NCBI RefSeq assembly: GCF_006345805.1
Contig: NC_042999.1
Location: 72,416,001 to 72,480,000, forward strand
Origin: Octopus sinensis
Lineage: Eukaryota
DNA: 64,000 nucleotides
Direction of reading: 5' to 3'
The translations under genes and the position numbers were made by a program. Positions within the stretch are counted from its first letter, which is position 1. Each line of letters starts with the position of its first letter. Shown here piece after piece: positions 58,697-64,000 of this stretch. The notes under the pieces were generated by a model. It saw only the letters and a list, made by a program, of their open reading frames with translations. It searched no databases and was not told the origin of the DNA.

Positions 58697-61285
58697 TATA
58701 TATACGAATACATTGGCTAATAAAAATGATATCCTGGAATTTTGGTCAACGGCTGGAATTATCGGTGAACCGTTAAAAATTCAATTTGCTAATTCTAATA
58801 ATACGTTATCAAAAATTCAAGTGGGGGCCTTATTTTTCAATAGTTTTGTTACTCTATGTTCTACTTCCAAATCTTACTTTTTGTGCCTCTCTCGCTATGA
58901 AAATATTCTTGAGTATATGTTAGTGAGTTTAAGTCAGTCGAGCAAAAGTTTGGTCTCGTTCTGATTCAAATCAAATTGATCTTGTCCTTACTCAAAGGAA
59001 ATTGGTTTTGCAGCTTAACTTAAGCAACCTGGGCTGGTAGCCACTCAATTTAAACTGTTTTGTATCAAGTCAAATAAACCAATATCACCTAATCAAATAA
59101 ACTGGCCTTGTGCCTAGTCCTGGTAAGCCTGTCTTGTATCCAAATAACCTTACATCAAATCGACTTTAATGACTATGGGTGTTGAATAAGATTTTTAAAA
59201 GTCTAGACAGGGACTTATTATGATTGTCGGTTGTAGTCAAATGAAATTCGTCATGTACCTAGTAAAACTAAAATGAATGTTGTCTCATCAATTGTCTTCT
59301 GTCTCATCATCTTGGTTGTCGTTGTAAAACAAGTTCCTTGCTAGTTTCATCAGCAGGAGTTTTGAGTAATGGTTGGCGCAGATTCACTTAAAATCTGCCA
59401 CTAATAAGTAAATGTCAGCCACAATAGTTCACTAAAGTAAGATAACTTTATTCTGAAGAGAAAAGGAAACAAACCTCGATTCAACATAGTTTAAATAGAA
59501 GAGGTGATTCACTGGGTGGCAGTTTTAGCATGTTAAGTGAATAAGGTGACTGAATAAAGGAAGTCACCCATAACTTGGAGTAACTAACAGGCTAAAAGAA
59601 TAAGGTAACTGATTAAATGAAGGAGGTAACGATTGAGGAGAGAGATAACACGCTGAGAATAGATGAACCATTAACTAGTGAAGGAAATGTTTTGAATTAA
59701 AGAAATGAGACACTGAGTTGAGTAGGTGGGCAATGGAGTAGAAGAGGTAGCAAGAGAGTGGCGATCTAAAAGTATTACACTGCTAAGTCTTTTTCCTTTG
59801 TATTTTAAGTTTGAATCTTAGACTTCGTACTCCAGTTCTTGTTTCATTGTGTTTTTAAGATAAATTACTTTATTCTTAACATTACACTTGTAAGCACAGT
59901 GAAGTTTTTGGTGGATACAATTTTGAGGCCAACACCTGCAATTAACAGATGAGCATTACTGATCACAGTGAATTGCGATCATCCGCGTTGTAAGTATCGG
60001 TAGCACTATAAGATTAATCAGTATTTCTTTTGATTGCAGTTAACGTGAAATAGAAAGGACAACGTCAAGTTGACGGACACACATGTGACACAGAAGCAGT
60101 GCTCAGTAGCGTTCCAGGAATCTTAAAGGTCGCGATACCCACAGATATACAAGAGGAATTTGATATACCATAATATCTCCCTCACCATCAATAACACTAC
60201 AAAAGATATTAATTTGCATATCATCAGAAGAAATCGATAATATTTTAGTGCTTAAATTTGGCTGATATTCTTTAGTGATTAAATTTGGTTGATACTTTTC
60301 CTCATTAATAATAGCTGAAAGGTCATTTTAAACGTCATTTGATAATTAGTGTGACCTCAAAATTTTCTGTGAAATATTATTGATTTAATTAATTTTGAAT
60401 CAAATAATATGAAATATAAACGAGAAGCTTCTCATATAAAAATCGATAGTGAGCGTCGCCGAGTGTGATGTAACCTTTCTAAAGATTTTAATCACTGATC
60501 ACATTTCGGTTCCTGTTGTATACATCTCTTCTCGGTCTTTGTTCCCCTACTGTCCATAGAAAAACAAAAACAATTACCACAACCTTTTCGTATCTAATTA
60601 TAAGAAGCCAATATATTTCCCTCAGTAATTGAATGCACCTTAAAGCAAAGCGTTAGTTTAGTTTCAGGTCTGACTGTATGCCTCGGTTTCAATCGCCGAT
60701 GGCATCCATTTTTTTCTTGAGTTTCAACGGACTCTCATTCCAACTGCTACAAAAATATAAGCACCGTTACGTTACTAAATGACCTTGGGAAAGTTATGAA
60801 CATCCCAGCAGCCCATTTCACCTTTCCGAAAAAATAAGACTTTGTACTTAGCCACGCATAATTTAAGTATCGACCCCAAAAGAGTGGTAGTTTGACGGAA
60901 TCGGTGGAGCGACGAATAAAAACATGCTTTGCAATATATTACGCTTTGTACGTTATAAGTTCAAATCTCGCCGAGACTGACATTACCTTTCAACTTCATG
61001 GGATCGATAAAGTAAAGTAAAGTATCAGTAAAATACTGAGGTTCGATTTAGTGGTATATATTCTACTTTTGGGGATGTACTGTATTAAGAATGCAATAAA
61101 TATTAGAGGAAGAGGAAAAGTTTTTCCCAACAACAGCCAGCTTGTTTGCATCACCAAACCTATATATATATATATAAATATAAGGCGGTGAGCTAGCAGA
61201 ATCTTTTGTACACCGGACAAAACGCTAAGCGGCATTTACGTCTTTACATTCTGAGTTCAAATTCTGCCGAGGTCGAATTCACATT

Positions 61286-61670
61286 AAAGGCGCAGGCGTG
61301 GCTGTGTGGTAAAAAGCTTGCTTCCCAACCACATGGTTCCGGGTTCAGTCTCCTGGTAAGTGTCTTATACTATAGACTTGTGAGTGGATTCGGTAGACGG
61401 AAACTAAAAGAAGTCCATCGTGTATATATATATATAAACTTTGTGTGTATATGTGTGTATGTGTGTGTGTGGGTGCGCGCGTCTGTGTTTATGCCCCACT
61501 ATCACTTGACTACCGATGTTGATGTGTTTAAGTCCCCATAACTTAGCGGTTCGGCAAAAAAATGATAGAATAAGTACTAGGCTTTCAAAGACTAAGTCCT
61601 GAGCTCGATTTGTTCGACTAAGGGCGATGCTTCAGCATAGCTGCAGTCAAATGACTGAAACAAACAGAAG
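61286..61670 (+). mobile_element. SINE family 1 joined to a SINE family 2 head (61185-61285)
   Basis: GGCGCAGGCGTGGCTGTGTGGTAAAAAGC...GACTGAAACAAA directly follows GGCGGTGAGCTAGCAGAATC...GAGGTCGA. Confidence 0.8.
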
Positions 61671-61748
61671 AATATATATATATATATATATATAAGAAAT
61701 TAAAAAAGGAAAATACGCACACTTACATGTTTATAATATAATTTTTAA

Positions 61749-61785
61749 CACATCGACCGGTTTCGCAATCGCTATTCATGATATA
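61749..61785 (-). ncRNA. decayed minimal hammerhead motif downstream of the PLE ORF
   Basis: Minus strand reads UAUAUC-AUGAAUA-GC GAUU GC-GAAA-CCGG-UC-GAUGUG. Stem I has 6 bp with G-U pairs, stem III is the palindrome ACCGGU and the triplet is GUC. The core differs from CUGAAGA at two positions. Confidence 0.55.
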
Positions 61786-62061
61786 ATGTTTAATTTATAT
61801 GAATATATATTTTTTCTTAAGAAGAAATTTGGTCCATGTTGTTTGTAATGAAATTCACGAGTGAATGATTTTACAAGTTGACAAGTAGAGGAAGGTAATT
61901 GGTTGTTATTATTGTTATTGTTGTGTGTAAGGGAGATAACTGTTTAGGTTTTGGGTGGGGAATAAATATGTGTACAGAAAGGAGACAGGTTTAAAAAAAG
62001 GGACCTTGTTTAGTAGGGGATTTATGTACAGTGATGTAATATATAAAAATATAAAAGTTTG

Positions 62062-63969
62062 TTATGCGTGCATATTAAGACGCGTTTTGTATTTTTCAAT
62101 GAAAAAAGTTTCTTTATTTAAGCGTTCTAGTTGAGAGATTGTGTCTTTGCACTGGTAGAAAGGGAATACTGTAAAATTTGGTTTGATGTTACCTGCACAT
62201 TTTTCTATGTCTTCACTAAGAGGAATTTGTCTGTATTGCGAGAAACGGATTTGCTCCTTATGCAGAGTGATTCTCTTCCTCAAAGTTAAACTTGTTTGTC
62301 CAATGTACTGATGACTGCAACCCGAGCAGGTTATTACATAAATTAGGTTCTCAGAGGCCCAGGTGAAACTAGTTTTAATTGTGAACCTCTGTCCTTGTTT
62401 GAAAAGGAAATCCGAACCTTCAAGCAGGTTGGGGCAGGTTCCACAGTTCGGGCGTCCACATTTTTCAACCGTTGGTTTCGTGGTTGTTTTGTAAAGCTTC
62501 GCATTTGTTAGTAGTCTCTTTAGCGATTTGTCTTGTTTCTTGCATTTGATGAGTTTGTGTGTTTTCAGGATGTCGTTCATTTTTGGATTTCTAGTTAGTA
62601 AAGGGAGAGTTTGCACAATAGTGTTGAATGCCTCACTGTTTCTGGGGTTGTGTGTTGATATAAAAAGTAATGTTTTGGTTTGAGGTGTGGTGCTATGTTT
62701 TTTTGTTCTTAGTGTTTTTGTGTCTAATTGTTTGGCACGTTTAATTCCCTTGTCGATAAGAGAGGGTGGATATTGTCTTTCAATAAGTGTTGTTTTGAGG
62801 TCTTGAAGACGAAGGTCCCGAATTGTTCTATCAGACACTATTGTGCAGATCCTGTTTGCTAAGTTAAAAGGGATGGTTATTTTTATGTATTTCGGGTGGC
62901 ATGAGTTAAAAAGAAGATATTGTTTTGAGTCAGTTGGTTTATAATAAATGTCAGTTATGATTTCATTGTTAACTTTTTTTATCATGATGTCTAAAAATGG
63001 AAGTTGTTCTTTATTATATTCCATTATGAATTGAATGTTACTATTTATGTCATTTAGTGTTGTTTTGAAATCCAAAAGTTTGTCGATGTTCTCCTTCCAG
63101 ATGATAAAACAGTCATCCAGGTATCGCTTCCAATTTTCTCTTATGTAGAGGTAAAATGGGTAACCATATTTCTGAAGTGATACTTCATATAAGGTGAATT
63201 CAAAATAACCCATTATTAGGTTCGCAAGAACAGGAGCTGCTTTCGTCCCCATCGCAATTCCGCATTTCTGACGATAGTATATGTCATCAAATAGGAAATA
63301 ATTGTTCTGAAGTATAAATTTTAAGGATTCAATAATAAAGATCTGGTTTATGCGTTCCGGGAGGACTTCGGAGTACTTTTCCAACCAGAATTTAATTGCT
63401 TTTATTCCATAGTCATGGGGGATGTTGGTGTAAAGATTGATAACATCGAGGGTGACCAATACTGCCGCTTCATTAATCGTTTTTGGTAGGTGTTCTAACA
63501 TGTCTAAATCATCCTTAATGAAGCTTTTGATGTATTTCAGCAAGGGTTTCAGTAGGATGTCTAGAAAATTGCTCAGTCGGTGGGTTTCACAGGCTGGCCC
63601 AGCTACAATGGGTCTTAAAGTCAAGTCTTCTGACGTTTGGATGTTTTTATATTTGCCTGGTGATTGTTTGCAGGCTTCATTGATTATCTTGCTCTTGTGT
63701 ATTTTAGGGAGGCCATAAAAAAGACTGGGTTTACATTTGAAGTTCGTGATGTAGTCTGTTTCTTTTTCTGTCAGGCCTTTTCCATGTAGAAGAATTAAGG
63801 ATGCAAGATTTTTCATGGTTTTTTGTTGTTTATAGTTTATAATTTTTTCGTAGAAGGCCTCGTTTTCTAATATGGAAAGTACTAGCTTTTTATAGTGTTC
63901 TGTGTCCATCAGAACTACAGCACTTCCTTTGTAAGCTTCTTTAATTGTCAGGTCGGTGTTGTTTTTTAG
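62062..63969 (-). mobile_element. Penelope-like retroelement ORF (RT + Cys-rich linker + GIY-YIG), Neptune-like
   Basis: The frame is open from 63969 (stop at 63972-63970), with ATG at 63909. Motifs: IKEAYKGSAVVLMD, LRPIVAG, LVTLDVINLYTNIP, GIAMGTKAAPVLANLIMG, WKRYLDDCF, LPFLDI, YYKPTDSKQYLLFNSCHP, CGRPNCGTC, NLIYVITCSGCSHQYIGQT and RLNKETFFI..YKT.LN. (TA)n at the window edge. Confidence 0.95.
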
Positions 63970-64000
63970 TTAAGTCAGATTTTTCGATTCTATATATATA

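Noticed and set aside
59430-59800. Possible CR1/L2 3' remnant on the minus strand
   Set aside because: Only a vague resemblance, with no continuous motif.

Overview
AT-rich, microsatellite-dense animal genomic DNA. The SINE families and repeat landscape resemble an Octopus (coleoid cephalopod) genome; this is recognition from memory, not a search result. Two host genes are supported: the last coding exon of a FAM167-family gene (11154-11414, +) and an unrecognised 200-aa gene with a signal peptide and clustered S-x-E motifs (19768-20370, -). The rest is mostly mobile DNA. (1) Between 40.2 and 52.4 kb is a same-strand stack of R4/Dong-type restriction-like-endonuclease LINEs from four families, each bounded by (TAA)n/(GAA)n microsatellites; it includes two near-full-length copies. 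(2) A near-intact Penelope-like element (RT + GIY-YIG) lies at the right end, and a second PLE 3' end lies near 28-29 kb. (3) There are four type-I hammerhead ribozyme motifs: two keep the full catalytic core, one of these has a greatly expanded stem II, and the other heads a compact multi-hairpin cassette. (4) A decayed Merlin (IS1595/ISXO2-like) transposase is present, plus a Merlin-type MITE with a perfect 8-bp TSD nested in a Tc2/pogo-like MITE. (5) There are also mariner elements, RTE, CR1 and L1/Tx1 remnants, three SINE families and a 295-bp foldback element. Most short ORFs in the supplied track are microsatellite or antisense-repeat artefacts. Boundaries of decayed elements are approximate.
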